Below, piece after piece: positions 21,601 through 32,120 of a stretch of 64,000 nt of DNA. Below the pieces are notes generated by a model. It was not told the origin of the DNA. It did not search any database and saw only the letters and a program-made list of their open reading frames with translations. Positions within the stretch are counted from its first letter, which is position 1, and each line of letters starts with the position of its first letter. The position numbers were made by a program, and so were the translations under genes. The stretch covers positions 4,448,001 to 4,512,000 of the forward strand of contig CAXXLZ010000002.1 in the NCBI GenBank assembly GCA_963675595.2. Reading direction: 5' to 3'. This DNA comes from Thermodesulfobacteriota bacterium. GTDB lineage: Bacteria > Desulfobacterota > Desulfarculia > JACQYL01.

Positions 21601-22491
21601 ATGAAGATCGCGTTCTCGATGATCCTGGTATTGATGTTTCTTTTTCAGGGAGTCCTGCCGTTTGACGCCGGCGCGGGTCAGGCCTATCGGCTGGGACCCG
21701 GGGATGTCCTGCTGATCAGCATTTTTGCCGGTGGGACCGTTCAAGAAAGCGTTGAGGTGGCGGTGAGTTCCCAAGGCGACATCGAGTTTCCTTTTCTGGG
21801 GCCGGTACGGGCCGAGGGGCGCACCGTATCGGAGCTTGCCGAAGCGGTGACCGGACCACTGGAAAGGGACTATTTCGTCCGTCCTCAAGTGCTGATCAAG
21901 GTGAAGGAATACAGGAGCTTCAAGGTTTATGTGGCCGGCGCGGTCGACAGACCCGGATTGTACGTTTTGGAGGAACCGAACACGATTTTGGAGATTTTGG
22001 CCAAAGCGGGCGGCGTCACCGAGCACGGCGGCAATCGAGTGCTGATTCTCAAAGGGTCCGTTGAGGCCGTATCGGGCGAGGCGGATGTGGAGCAGCTGGC
22101 GCGCGATGGGAAAACCGTTTCTTTGGACCTGAAATCCGTCATGGCGCGAGACGGTGCAGGCAAGAACGTCTTCTTGGAGTCCGGAGACGTGGTGTACGTA
22201 CCGCCTAAGACGTCTTCAGAGCCCGGCCGATTCAAGATTTCCGTCCTGGGCCAAGTGAAAAAACCCGGGCTTTATGATTTCCAGGAAGGCATGACGCTGA
22301 TTGACGTGTGCACCATGGCGGGAGGATTCGGTGAGTTCGCGGCGGTCAATCGTGTACTCATCACTCGGAAGTCGTCCGGTGGGACGCAGGAATCCATCGA
22401 AGTGAATGCGAAAAACGTGATTCACGGCGAGGAAAAGGACCCGGTGCTGCAACCCGGCGACCGGGTTTATGTGCCCGAATCGTGGTTCTGA
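21601..22491 (+). CDS. Polysaccharide export protein (OPX/Wza family: Poly_export plus SLBB domains), short periplasmic type
   Basis: Signal peptide with no lipobox Cys; YRLGPGDVL, GDIEFPFLG, GQVKKPG, LQPGDRVYVPESWF; start placed at ATG 21601. Confidence 0.85.
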   Translation: MKIAFSMILVLMFLFQGVLPFDAGAGQAYRLGPGDVLLISIFAGGTVQESVEVAVSSQGDIEFPFLGPVRAEGRTVSELAEAVTGPLERDYFVRPQVLIKVKEYRSFKVYVAGAVDRPGLYVLEEPNTILEILAKAGGVTEHGGNRVLILKGSVEAVSGEADVEQLARDGKTVSLDLKSVMARDGAGKNVFLESGDVVYVPPKTSSEPGRFKISVLGQVKKPGLYDFQEGMTLIDVCTMAGGFGEFAAVNRVLITRKSSGGTQESIEVNAKNVIHGEEKDPVLQPGDRVYVPESWF

Positions 22492-22608
22492 TGAACGAAA
22501 CCGGTGACGATTGAGGTATGCGTCGGTTTCGGAATTCGACTGCTCGGGCCACACCGGATTTGCGTGGGCCGCTCGTTCATGGGAAGTCCCCGCCGGAGCA
22601 AGGAGTTC

Positions 22609-25413
22609 ATGATGGGACAAGACAACGCAGAGTGGGACCGGACCGGAGGCGCGGTTTACCCGGACTCGAGGCTTTCGGTACCGGCTTCAACCGGCGGCAG
22701 GCATGCGGCGGACTATTTTTTCCTGCTGCGGTCCCGTCTGACGGTGGTCTGTTCGGTCTTTCTGTTGGTGGTGCTTCTCACGGCTTGGATTACCTATTCC
22801 ACCAAGCCGGTTTATCGCGCGGAAACTCTCATTGCCGTGGAACCGGATATAAGACGTTCTCCCCTTTCGGGCGAACTCACGGACCCTGCGTCCGTATTAT
22901 CGGAACAGGTGATTCTAAGCACCCACGTCGGTATGGTAACGTCGCGCCCGGTACTTGAACGGGTGGCGAAGGATTTCAAGGTAGTTCCCGATCCGCCTTA
23001 CCGGGGTGCCTTGCTCAGTTTGTCCAACGTTTGGCGGCGCATGATGTCGGCTCTCGCGGGAATCTTTGAATCGAGCCCGGAACCGCCTTCGACGAACGGA
23101 CGCGCTTCTTTGGCAGGGGAAGACACTCTCCACGTTTTGAAGGAAAAAATCCACGTAGAGGAAGTGAGAAACACGAGGCTGCTCCGAATCCGGGTGGAGG
23201 ATCATAATCCCGCTGCGGCTCGTGATTTGGCGAATCGATTGGCGGAGGCATACATTGCTTACGACTCGGATATACGCACCGAACGGGCCCGCAAGAGCAT
23301 TGAGTGGCTTTCCAGGGAGTTTACCGACATCGGGAAACGACTTGAGGAGTCCCAAAGCGCTTTTCTAGACTTCAAGGAACGGGAAAGCGTGTTTTCCATT
23401 GAGGGCAAGCAAGGCCTGAGCGAGGACAGGATACGGGAGATGAACGCCGAGCTTCTGGCCGCCGGAAGCAGACGTCGTCAACTGGATACGACGATTCGTG
23501 AACTCGAAGACTTGAGTCGATCCGGAAACCGTTATGAGGCCGAAGGCTTGACCGGGCTCTTTCAGGACAATTTACTGGCGACCCTGCAAGCGGAGCTTGT
23601 GAAGACCGAAGTGGAGCGGGAACGGCTGTCGCAGGTTTATAAGCATAAACATCCCGAGATGGTCAAAGTCGACGCCAAGTTGCAGGAGTTGAGGCGGAGA
23701 ATTGCGGGAAGATTCGAGCAGGTCCTGGAGAACTTGAAATCCGAACGGGCCGCGCTGCTGAACAAAGAGAAGGCCATCAAGGAGGCGCTTTCAGGCTACG
23801 AGGCCGAGGCATTGGCCATGAACCGCAAAGGAGCTCGATACTCCCAACTGGAACAGGAGTTTAGAAGCGACCAGGAACTGGTGAACCTGCTTCGCGCCCG
23901 CATCCGGGAAATGGATCTGGAAAAGAGTGCGCCCCGACCTGTGGTGCGGTTGGTCGAGGCGGCCGAACTGCCCAAAGAACCGGTAAAACCGAATACCGTA
24001 CTGAACCTCCTTCTCGGAGTGGTATTGGGCGGCATGCTGGGAGTGGGCGCCGGATTTATTGCCGAATACCTGGATCGTACCATTCGGGGACTGGATGACG
24101 TGGAGCGTCACCTTGGGGTCGACGTTCTCTCCGAGGTGCCCAGGGTGAAGGGTTCGTCGGACGCAAAGGGAGACGGCACCGGGCCCCGGTTTCCATCCGT
24201 GAGCCGAAAAGGAATCGAACCCAGGTTTGCCGAAGCCTTTCGCAGGCTGGCCTTTCAACTCGGTCCCGACCGGAGACGCTCGGGCTCGGTAGTGCACCTG
24301 ATTTCGAGTTCCGCCGCCATGGAAGGTAAATCCACCGTAGCCCTCAACCTCGGTATGGCCCTCGCTCGGATGGGCCGGAAGACCTTGGTGCTTGAGGCCG
24401 ATCTGCACATGCCGGGATTCGAAGCTCGTCTCGGTTTGGACCCCGGCCCCGGGCTGGCCGAGGTTTTAGGGGAGGTGATGAGGGAGGAGGTCACCGCGGG
24501 AACCCTTCGAACACGCTCTCCCGGAGACCTTCATGTTCTCCTCAGAGCTAGAGGGTGCACGGGCATGTTGATTTATCGGGACGGAGACCAAAGCACCCAA
24601 TTGACATTTATCGACGGATTGCCGGTGAGTCTCAAGCGCTCTCCGGAACTCCCGGAAGCCACGATGACCGGGCTGTTGCTCGCGGCTGGACGAATCAGCC
24701 GGAGCGAAGCAAACGCGGCGGATTCCGTCGGACGCCTTCCAGGACCCACCGTTGAACAACGGCTGATTCAGATGGGAATCCTGACTCCGGAAGAGCTGGC
24801 CGCATTCACGACTCAGATCATCAAAGAGGCTGTTGGGAAGCTGAACGGGGAGTTGGATATTCGGTACGAGTTCAGGCCGGAAGACTCTTTGACCAAGTTC
24901 AAGAACGATCCGTCACTCAACCGATTTTTTCAAAGCATCGAGCAGGAAATGAGATGGAATCCGGGCAAACCGGAGCACCTTCTCAACACCATTCTCGGGT
25001 TTGTTCGTTCATTACCCTACTCGGGAGCGCACATCTTATCCGCAGGAACTCATGACGGCCGACCTTCGGACCTTTTCACGGATGGAAGATTCGAAGCTCT
25101 GCTGGGAATATTGTCCTGGGAGTTCGACCACATCCTGGTGGATACTCCGCCGGTGGGAAACATGAACGACGCCCTGATGATGGCGCCTTTTTGTGACGGC
25201 ATCATCGTGGTCATTCGAGCGGGACGTACCCATGTGGACGAAGTGCTCCGTACACTCAGGGAATTTTCCGTGCCCCGGCCGCGGATCCTGGGCGTTGTGG
25301 TCAATATGATGAATTTCAAAAAGGACCATTACTACTACGGTAGGTATCTGCGCAAATACGACAAGTATTACCGTATGGAATCGAAACGAACGTCCGGAAG
25401 CGAATCCGGATGA
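22609..25413 (+). CDS. Polysaccharide co-polymerase / BY tyrosine kinase (Wzc/GumC-like) with an inserted DUF4388-like module
   Basis: TM-KPVYRA, coiled coil, PKEPVKP-TM, Walker A SSAAMEGKST, A' EADLH, Walker B LVDTPP, Tyr cluster HYYYGRYLRKYDKYY; ATG 22609 after AGGAG. Confidence 0.88.
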   Translation: MMGQDNAEWDRTGGAVYPDSRLSVPASTGGRHAADYFFLLRSRLTVVCSVFLLVVLLTAWITYSTKPVYRAETLIAVEPDIRRSPLSGELTDPASVLSEQVILSTHVGMVTSRPVLERVAKDFKVVPDPPYRGALLSLSNVWRRMMSALAGIFESSPEPPSTNGRASLAGEDTLHVLKEKIHVEEVRNTRLLRIRVEDHNPAAARDLANRLAEAYIAYDSDIRTERARKSIEWLSREFTDIGKRLEESQSAFLDFKERESVFSIEGKQGLSEDRIREMNAELLAAGSRRRQLDTTIRELEDLSRSGNRYEAEGLTGLFQDNLLATLQAELVKTEVERERLSQVYKHKHPEMVKVDAKLQELRRRIAGRFEQVLENLKSERAALLNKEKAIKEALSGYEAEALAMNRKGARYSQLEQEFRSDQELVNLLRARIREMDLEKSAPRPVVRLVEAAELPKEPVKPNTVLNLLLGVVLGGMLGVGAGFIAEYLDRTIRGLDDVERHLGVDVLSEVPRVKGSSDAKGDGTGPRFPSVSRKGIEPRFAEAFRRLAFQLGPDRRRSGSVVHLISSSAAMEGKSTVALNLGMALARMGRKTLVLEADLHMPGFEARLGLDPGPGLAEVLGEVMREEVTAGTLRTRSPGDLHVLLRARGCTGMLIYRDGDQSTQLTFIDGLPVSLKRSPELPEATMTGLLLAAGRISRSEANAADSVGRLPGPTVEQRLIQMGILTPEELAAFTTQIIKEAVGKLNGELDIRYEFRPEDSLTKFKNDPSLNRFFQSIEQEMRWNPGKPEHLLNTILGFVRSLPYSGAHILSAGTHDGRPSDLFTDGRFEALLGILSWEFDHILVDTPPVGNMNDALMMAPFCDGIIVVIRAGRTHVDEVLRTLREFSVPRPRILGVVVNMMNFKKDHYYYGRYLRKYDKYYRMESKRTSGSESG

Positions 25414-25483
25414 AACGGGCCGATAGGCGAAGGGACCGACCGGTGCCCGGTCGTGACCGGACCCTCGGTTTGCACGGCCGATC

Positions 25484-27136
25484 ATGGGGTCGTCGCCGAG
25501 CTCTTCCGAGTCACTACGTTTATGGCATGCCGACCACCGCTTCCGTATACCGCTGGACGACCACGCCGTGAGAGGAAACGGAAAAGATTTTCCCTACGCA
25601 CCGGTAATGGGACCGTTTCCATTGCCCGCCGCCGCCGTGGCGTGTGCGGCTTGTATCATGACGGTGTGCTTGCTGGCCTTGTGGTCCGAAAGATTCCAAC
25701 ACTGGTTTGTAATTCCTCTGGTCCTCTGTGGAAGTTTGATGGGTGGAGACGCGGTGGCGTGGCTCCGGGGAGAGTTGGATACGCTGGACCCCAAAGGGCT
25801 TGTAGGATTTTTCGGCGTCCATTTCTTCTTCCTTTCACCCCTGTTACACGTATTCTGGGGTTATTGGATGTGGTCCATGGATTCGCCGGAAGACTGGCGG
25901 ACCTGGTTGGGATGGCTGGGCGTCCTCAATGCGGTGGGGATCCTGTGTTATCTCCCCGTGGCAAACAAGATCGCCGAGGGAGTTCCCTACAATCAGGGAC
26001 GAGGTTTCCGGGAAATCGTGGAGCACCGCTTCGTGGTGTGCGCCACGGGCCTCCTCGTGATGTCCGCCGCATTGCAGATCCTGGTTTATTATCGATTGGG
26101 CGGGCCGGCGGGGTACGTGCAGGCGGCCGCACACCGGACGGGCGGCGATTCTTTCCAGGGGTTGGGCTGGTTGGTCATTGCAGCGGAAGTCTTTCCCTTG
26201 GTGGCGCTGATGGCCTTCGCCGTCTGGGCTCGCGGGCGGAGTTGGGTCCGGCGTCGTCCGGTGCTGTTTGTTGCGGCGATCGCTTTTTTTGTCCTGAAAT
26301 TCGCCTTCGGAGGACTCCGCGGAAGCCGGACGAGCACCATCATCGTGCTTGTGTGGTTCGCGGGCATCATCTACTTCTGGGTTCGAAGATTTTCAGCAAA
26401 AACGGTTCTTTTAGGGTTGGGCTGCCTGATCGCTTTCAGTTACGGATACGGTTTTTACAAATCCATGGGAACGGATGCGTTGCAGGCGTTTGGAGACTCA
26501 GGGAAGCGTGAGCGCTTGGTGCGGCAAACGGGCAGGTCCATGCAGGCTCTACTGCTGGGGGATTTGGCCCGAAGCGATGTGCAGGCCTACCTCTTGTACC
26601 GATTGTACGGAGGGGAAAGAAATTATAGGTTCGCATGGGGCAGAACCTATCTGGGAGCGGCGGCGTCCGTGGTGCCTTCGTGGATTTGGCACAATCGCCC
26701 TGAAACCAAGGTCCGAGAAGGGACGGAGATTCAATACGGGATTTATCCCGGAGCTCACACGTCACTCGTGTCCACCCGTCAATATGGGTTTGCGGGTGAG
26801 GCCATGCTCAATTTCGGCCCTGCGGCGGTCCCGATCTTTTTTGCGGCATTCGGAGCCTTTGTCGGCTTACTGAGACGATTTCTGAGAAGCTGGACTTATC
26901 CCGACGCGCGACTTCTGTTTCTGCCGTTTCTTTTGGGATTTCCTTTTGTGCTGTTGCTCGGGGATTCGGACAATTGGGTGGTGCTTTTCGTCAAGGACGG
27001 GATGCTCCCCTTGGCCTTCATGCTGATCTCTTCGCGGCGAATCCCAAGATACATGGAAAGGGCCGGAAGGGAGGCGGGGCTTCGAGAGGAGATAAAAGAG
27101 CACGACAGGCCGGGTCGGAGGCGTAGGATCGGTTGA
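25484..27136 (+). CDS. Polytopic membrane protein, probable Wzy-type polysaccharide polymerase (start uncertain)
   Basis: More than 10 hydrophobic segments, RGSRT motif, periplasmic loop GRTYL...P.WIW..RP, GEAMLNFG; lies within the EPS cluster. Confidence 0.7.
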   Translation: MGSSPSSSESLRLWHADHRFRIPLDDHAVRGNGKDFPYAPVMGPFPLPAAAVACAACIMTVCLLALWSERFQHWFVIPLVLCGSLMGGDAVAWLRGELDTLDPKGLVGFFGVHFFFLSPLLHVFWGYWMWSMDSPEDWRTWLGWLGVLNAVGILCYLPVANKIAEGVPYNQGRGFREIVEHRFVVCATGLLVMSAALQILVYYRLGGPAGYVQAAAHRTGGDSFQGLGWLVIAAEVFPLVALMAFAVWARGRSWVRRRPVLFVAAIAFFVLKFAFGGLRGSRTSTIIVLVWFAGIIYFWVRRFSAKTVLLGLGCLIAFSYGYGFYKSMGTDALQAFGDSGKRERLVRQTGRSMQALLLGDLARSDVQAYLLYRLYGGERNYRFAWGRTYLGAAASVVPSWIWHNRPETKVREGTEIQYGIYPGAHTSLVSTRQYGFAGEAMLNFGPAAVPIFFAAFGAFVGLLRRFLRSWTYPDARLLFLPFLLGFPFVLLLGDSDNWVVLFVKDGMLPLAFMLISSRRIPRYMERAGREAGLREEIKEHDRPGRRRRIG

Positions 27137-27360
27137 AGAGTTGATGGGTTCGGGACCTGCTCCTTGACGACGCTTGCCGGGCATTCTATATTAATTGATT
27201 AATTATTGCATCATCTGAAACGATAATCGCCGCATCGACGTACTCACCAATAAGCGGCGTCCGAGTGCACAGCCGTAATGCTTAAAGGCCGGCGGTGCCG
27301 AGAAGCCGGCGGAGACTGAGACGACTTCCGTACCATTGGATCGGACACCGAGTGCGCACA

Positions 27361-29046
27361 ATGAGGAACATTCAGGAAAAACTAAGAAAAGGCCGCCGTG
27401 AACCGGCTGCTGCGGGCCTCCTTATGTTGTTGGTCTTGATTTCGGTGTCGGCCGGCGCTCAGGGATGGCCTTCTTCGGACCAGACGCTGAACTACATGGA
27501 AGTGGACCTGTACACCTCCACGTACCCGACCTATTACGACAGAGTCCGAAACGCCCGGATCATTGTGGGTTTTCGAATGAATACCGACTTTCCGGATCCC
27601 ATCGTCACGGATGAGGAGTTCCTAGGGAGTTATACGGAAATTCCGGATCCGCCGGAGACGTTCAAGTCGGCGTACCAGGCCGAGAACCACTTCTCCGATT
27701 TCCTGACTTACTACCAAACCGAGAACCCCGAAACCTTGATCGGTACCTACATATCGGGACGGGATTGTCAGACCTCGGCCACTTATTATCCGGTTGAAAC
27801 CGTCGCCTGCAGCGCGCTGACGGAGTGTTTCGACGATCCCGAAAACCTCGAACCGGGTCGGTACTGGGTGGATATTTCCAAGCAATCCTGCGCCGATCAG
27901 TTTGCCGATCTCATCGTGGCTGAGGCACAGGCCCGCGGGCTTCCCTTCCTCTATCTGGACAACATTATCCATCCCAGCAGCGGAGGCTTGGACGGCACGG
28001 AGATCACTTGGCAGAATATGGTGACTCATCTGCAGACCGTGCGATCTCGTCTAAACGCTCAAAATATTCGATTAGTGGCCAATGTGGCCGGTTCTCCCTG
28101 GTTGTTTTCCCTCAACAGCTACGAGGACGCGGACCTGCTCGACGGCGCGGCTGACGGAATGAGCTTTGAACTGCCGTTTAATCGGCGTTTCGCAAGACCG
28201 TATTTCGATCGGATGATCTCGGGCATGGCGGTTTACAAACGTTGGCTGGCCGACGGCAAACTGATCCTGTTCATCCCCGTGCCGGGTGAGACACAGGAAG
28301 AGCGACTTCAAGAGAAACAATTCATCGCCGCCATGGTCATGTTGATGCGTGATTCGGGACAAGCCGGCTACGTGGACAGTTGGTATTGGACCGATGAGCA
28401 GAATTTCCCTTGGCGATTGTGGCCCGGGAAGTACGGCGCTCCTTCCGGGGCCGCCGAGTCTTTGGTCCAGACGACCTATGGTTGGAAAACCGGCCGTGTT
28501 TTCGCCAACGGCAAGATCGGCGTTCTTCAGGTGAACGCTACCGAAGATAAGAAAAAGACGTTCACGTTGTCCGATGCGTCGTCCTTTACGCTTGTGTCCG
28601 AACCCCTTCAAGGAACCGTCGATATTTCCGCGCTTCCCACGATCAGCTACACGCCGGGCAAGGATTTCGACGGCACGGACGGATTCACCCTTGGGGCGGA
28701 CTGGGATGAAGAGCACCAGATTTTTCGGAATTTATTGGTGGTCAACGTTTATGTTGCGAATTGCGATCCTCCGTTGATTCTCTCTTGGACTTCGACCCCG
28801 CGTGTCTTGCCCATGGAGGGCGGCACCGCCACATTGAGCTGGTTGGTGAGCGATGCCACTTCAACTGTTATCAACCCGGGCGGCGTTTCGGTGAGTCCGT
28901 TGGAGGGGACGTACGATGTAACCGTACCCCGGAACACCAAATACACATTGGTCGCCTCCAACGCTTGTGGGAGCTCGAGTCAGGACGTGGGAGTGGCCGT
29001 GTATTGTCCGCTTACCTGGCTCCCCATTTTGTTGGAAGATGATTGA
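27361..29046 (+). CDS. Secreted putative glycoside hydrolase (TIM-barrel-like) with Ig-like domains and a hydrophobic-acidic C-terminal tail
   Basis: Signal peptide ending AGA; YWVDIS, FLYLDN, LVANV, DGMSFE; ISYTPGKDFDGTDGFT (Big_9-like); tail PLTWLPILLEDD. Confidence 0.55.
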   Translation: MRNIQEKLRKGRREPAAAGLLMLLVLISVSAGAQGWPSSDQTLNYMEVDLYTSTYPTYYDRVRNARIIVGFRMNTDFPDPIVTDEEFLGSYTEIPDPPETFKSAYQAENHFSDFLTYYQTENPETLIGTYISGRDCQTSATYYPVETVACSALTECFDDPENLEPGRYWVDISKQSCADQFADLIVAEAQARGLPFLYLDNIIHPSSGGLDGTEITWQNMVTHLQTVRSRLNAQNIRLVANVAGSPWLFSLNSYEDADLLDGAADGMSFELPFNRRFARPYFDRMISGMAVYKRWLADGKLILFIPVPGETQEERLQEKQFIAAMVMLMRDSGQAGYVDSWYWTDEQNFPWRLWPGKYGAPSGAAESLVQTTYGWKTGRVFANGKIGVLQVNATEDKKKTFTLSDASSFTLVSEPLQGTVDISALPTISYTPGKDFDGTDGFTLGADWDEEHQIFRNLLVVNVYVANCDPPLILSWTSTPRVLPMEGGTATLSWLVSDATSTVINPGGVSVSPLEGTYDVTVPRNTKYTLVASNACGSSSQDVGVAVYCPLTWLPILLEDD

Positions 29047-29354
29047 TGATGATTTCGGCGAATTCCGTGTCGCGCGCGCTTACGGTCGTGTCCTTCCAAC
29101 GGGGATAACGGAAGACAAGTCGTCGTTATTGGGAGACGACTTCAGGATACGGATTCTCCTCTTTTTTCCGGATGTCTTGCCGCACCGGTCGACCCCTCGG
29201 GTGGAGGGCGGCCCTCGTAAGCGGATCACGATCGGGATGCTGAGGCGACCCGTCGCCGGAGTCCGATGTCCCGGCCGGATGCCGCCGTCTTCCGGGAAAG
29301 TTTGCCCCGGTTCCCTCGGAATGGACACCCAAACGGTTTTCCGGACCACAAACC

Positions 29355-30728
29355 ATGGTGACGCAAAAGGCCGTTCGGTATGGATTCCATTGGACGTTCA
29401 AGGCGCTATGTGGAATTCCCTTCCGCTCCAAAGTACGAGAGGCCTGGGGATTGTCCCCGGCGGAGTACCGGCTCTTACAGGCCCGCGTTTTTCGAGAATG
29501 TTACTCCGACGCCCTGCGAACTTCCGATCATTACGCAGCACGTCGCGAGGTCTACCCCGACCTTCCCGCCGTCGGCGGGTTTGAACTCCTGAAGTTTCTC
29601 GAAGGGCTCCCCGTTGTCTCAAAAGAGGAAGTCAGGAGACGTCCGGAATCCTTTTGGGCCTCCAATCATCCGTTTCGAGCTCCGGTGCATACCACCAGCG
29701 GTACCTCGGGAACCCCTCTTCGTATACGTTCCTCCATCGGGGAACGCAGCCTGTCGCAGGCGATCCTGCAGGACTGGTTCGCCCGGCTTTGCCGTACGCG
29801 CCGACCTCGGACTTTGTTTCTATCCGGGTTCATGTCGCCGTCGGAAGGATCGAGAGAACTCTTCTGGCGCGACCCCCTGACCCAAAGCGTCTTCCTGTCC
29901 ATTTATTCCCTCGGGGAGAGGAATCGGGATCGGGTGCGGCGGCTGTTGAAGTCCTTCGATCCGAATCTCGTGTACGGGTATGCCTCCGCCGTGCACCAAC
30001 TGGCCCGCCTTACGGGGTCCGGTTGTCTGAAAAACACGGCCGGGCGTGCCGCAGTGACGACCTCGGAAGTGCTTTATCCCGATTGGAGGAATGAAATCGG
30101 GGAAGCCTTGGGTGCGCGGGTGTACAATCTGTACGGCTCTCAGGAAGGATGCCACCTGGTTTTGGAATGTCCACAGGGCGGGATGCACATCCATCCATTG
30201 ATCGGGATCATGGAGATTGTGGATGAGGCGAACCGCGGCGTCCTTCCGGGCCAAATGGGGAGGGTGCTGGTTACCGGGTTGAACCGGAGAACCATGCCCC
30301 TCATTCGGTACGATTTGGAGGATTGGGTGGAATACACGGGATATGATACTCAATGTTCTTGTGGGCTCGGTTGGCCCACCATCGGCCGGATTGTGGGGCG
30401 AAGCGAGGATTTGGCGGTTAAGAGAAGCGGTGAACGCATCGGTTACCTCTGTTTTCACGCCACGAAAAATCTGAAAGGGATCGTGGAAGCCCAGTTGGTG
30501 CAAACAGGTTTTCAACGGTTTGTCATGAATGTGGTTCTCGATTCTCACTGCGCCGCCGATCGCCGAACGACGGAGTCCTCCGTTCGCGGAGAGATTACCC
30601 GGAGAATGGGGGAGCCTGTGGAGATCGAATTCCGCTATGTTCCCACCGTTCCCAGAAGTGCCCGGGGGAAATTCAAGGCGGTGGTGGTGGACTTCCAATG
30701 CAAGGAGCCGTCTGAACGAGGGGCTTGA
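29355..30728 (+). CDS. Phenylacetate-CoA ligase / CapK-like adenylate-forming enzyme
   Basis: TTSGTSGTP, YGYAS, NLYGSQE, MPLIRY, GR.ED, GKFK. Confidence 0.85.
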   Translation: MVTQKAVRYGFHWTFKALCGIPFRSKVREAWGLSPAEYRLLQARVFRECYSDALRTSDHYAARREVYPDLPAVGGFELLKFLEGLPVVSKEEVRRRPESFWASNHPFRAPVHTTSGTSGTPLRIRSSIGERSLSQAILQDWFARLCRTRRPRTLFLSGFMSPSEGSRELFWRDPLTQSVFLSIYSLGERNRDRVRRLLKSFDPNLVYGYASAVHQLARLTGSGCLKNTAGRAAVTTSEVLYPDWRNEIGEALGARVYNLYGSQEGCHLVLECPQGGMHIHPLIGIMEIVDEANRGVLPGQMGRVLVTGLNRRTMPLIRYDLEDWVEYTGYDTQCSCGLGWPTIGRIVGRSEDLAVKRSGERIGYLCFHATKNLKGIVEAQLVQTGFQRFVMNVVLDSHCAADRRTTESSVRGEITRRMGEPVEIEFRYVPTVPRSARGKFKAVVVDFQCKEPSERGA

Positions 30729-30917
30729 TTCCGGAATTTCCAAAGCCCTTTCCGTCACTTCAGAGAAGGGAGATGCCGGGTTGTCCAAGCCGGTCCAAGG
30801 GAACGCAGCATATGAGAGCAGCGGGCTTCCGAGGGGAGGAGTATTCATGGCCGATAATATCCCATTGACAAAGCGTAAGCCCGCGGCCGAAAATTCTTCG
30901 TTCTTCCGACGGTTTCG

Positions 30918-32120
30918 GTGAACGTTCTTGTCGGTCTTGAAATGCGGTTCGTCCGAACGCCCGATGGGCGGGTTTGGACACCCGGCGTATTCACTCCCGA
31001 TTTCTGGGCCAGGTATTTGGATGTCTTCGATGAGGTACTCGTGGCGGCGCGTGTACTGGCTCGGGCCCGGCCGCAAAGGGATTGGGTTCGAGCGGATGGA
31101 GATCGGATCGCTTTTCTGGATTTGCCGCCCTACAGGGGGCCCCGGGAATACTTACGCAGCCGAAGGCGCTTGGGGGCCATTCTACGGCGAGGACTGCGGC
31201 CCGAAGATGCGATTATTTTGCGGGTCCCTTCCCAGATCGCCCTGGCGATTGAGAAAAGTCCGGGAAGACACGGCCGGCCCTTCGCACTCGAGGTCGTTGG
31301 GGACCCCGGTACCACTTTTACCAAAGGCGGTGTGTCGCATCCCCTGAGATGGTTTTTTCGTCTTTGGTTCGGGATTCAGCTGCGGAGGCAGTGCTTGCGA
31401 TCCTGTGGGGTGGCCTATGTGACCTCCGGCACGTTGCAGAAGCGTTACCCGGCCGGATCCGGTGCGATGACCGCGGCCTATTCAAGCATCGACCTTCCAG
31501 ACGACCGGATTTCTTCGGCTCCGCGGATCCATGGAAGGCATCAAGGGCCGTATCGGCTGATTTCGGTGGGCTCCATGGAGCAGCCCTACAAAGGATTCGA
31601 CGTTCTTCTCGACGCGGTGGCGAGATGTATGTCCCAAGGGTGGGACCTGGAACTTGAAATCCTCGGAGAAGGCCGGTATCGAAGACGCATGGAGTCGCTT
31701 CGGTCGGTTCTGGGGCTTGAGCGGCGGGTGATTTTCCGGGGACACGTTTCCGGCGAAACGGTTCGGAGTCGGATGGACGCCGCTTGCCTGTTCATACTAC
31801 CATCGAGGACCGAGGGATTGCCCCGGTCCGTGATTGAAGCCATGGCCTCCGGATTGCCGTGCATCGGGACTCGGGTGGGCGGAATCCCCGAGTTGCTCGC
31901 CCGCGAAGATCTGGTCGAGCCGGGCAATGCCTCGGAATTGGCCGAAAAGATCATGGAAGTGCTGGCCGATCCCTCACGTTTGGACAAGATGTCCTACAGG
32001 AACTTGCGGGAGGCGGGCAGGTTTGCCGACTCGGTGCTTCGGGTTAGAAGGAGCGAGTTCTATCGGTACGTGAAGCGGGCGACCTTGGATTGGGTCACGA
32101 ATAAGGAAAAGCCGCAGTGA
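30918..32120 (+). CDS. Glycosyltransferase family 4
   Basis: YKGFDVL, PSRTEGLPRSVIEAMASGLP, VGGIPE. Confidence 0.9.
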   Translation: MNVLVGLEMRFVRTPDGRVWTPGVFTPDFWARYLDVFDEVLVAARVLARARPQRDWVRADGDRIAFLDLPPYRGPREYLRSRRRLGAILRRGLRPEDAIILRVPSQIALAIEKSPGRHGRPFALEVVGDPGTTFTKGGVSHPLRWFFRLWFGIQLRRQCLRSCGVAYVTSGTLQKRYPAGSGAMTAAYSSIDLPDDRISSAPRIHGRHQGPYRLISVGSMEQPYKGFDVLLDAVARCMSQGWDLELEILGEGRYRRRMESLRSVLGLERRVIFRGHVSGETVRSRMDAACLFILPSRTEGLPRSVIEAMASGLPCIGTRVGGIPELLAREDLVEPGNASELAEKIMEVLADPSRLDKMSYRNLREAGRFADSVLRVRRSEFYRYVKRATLDWVTNKEKPQ

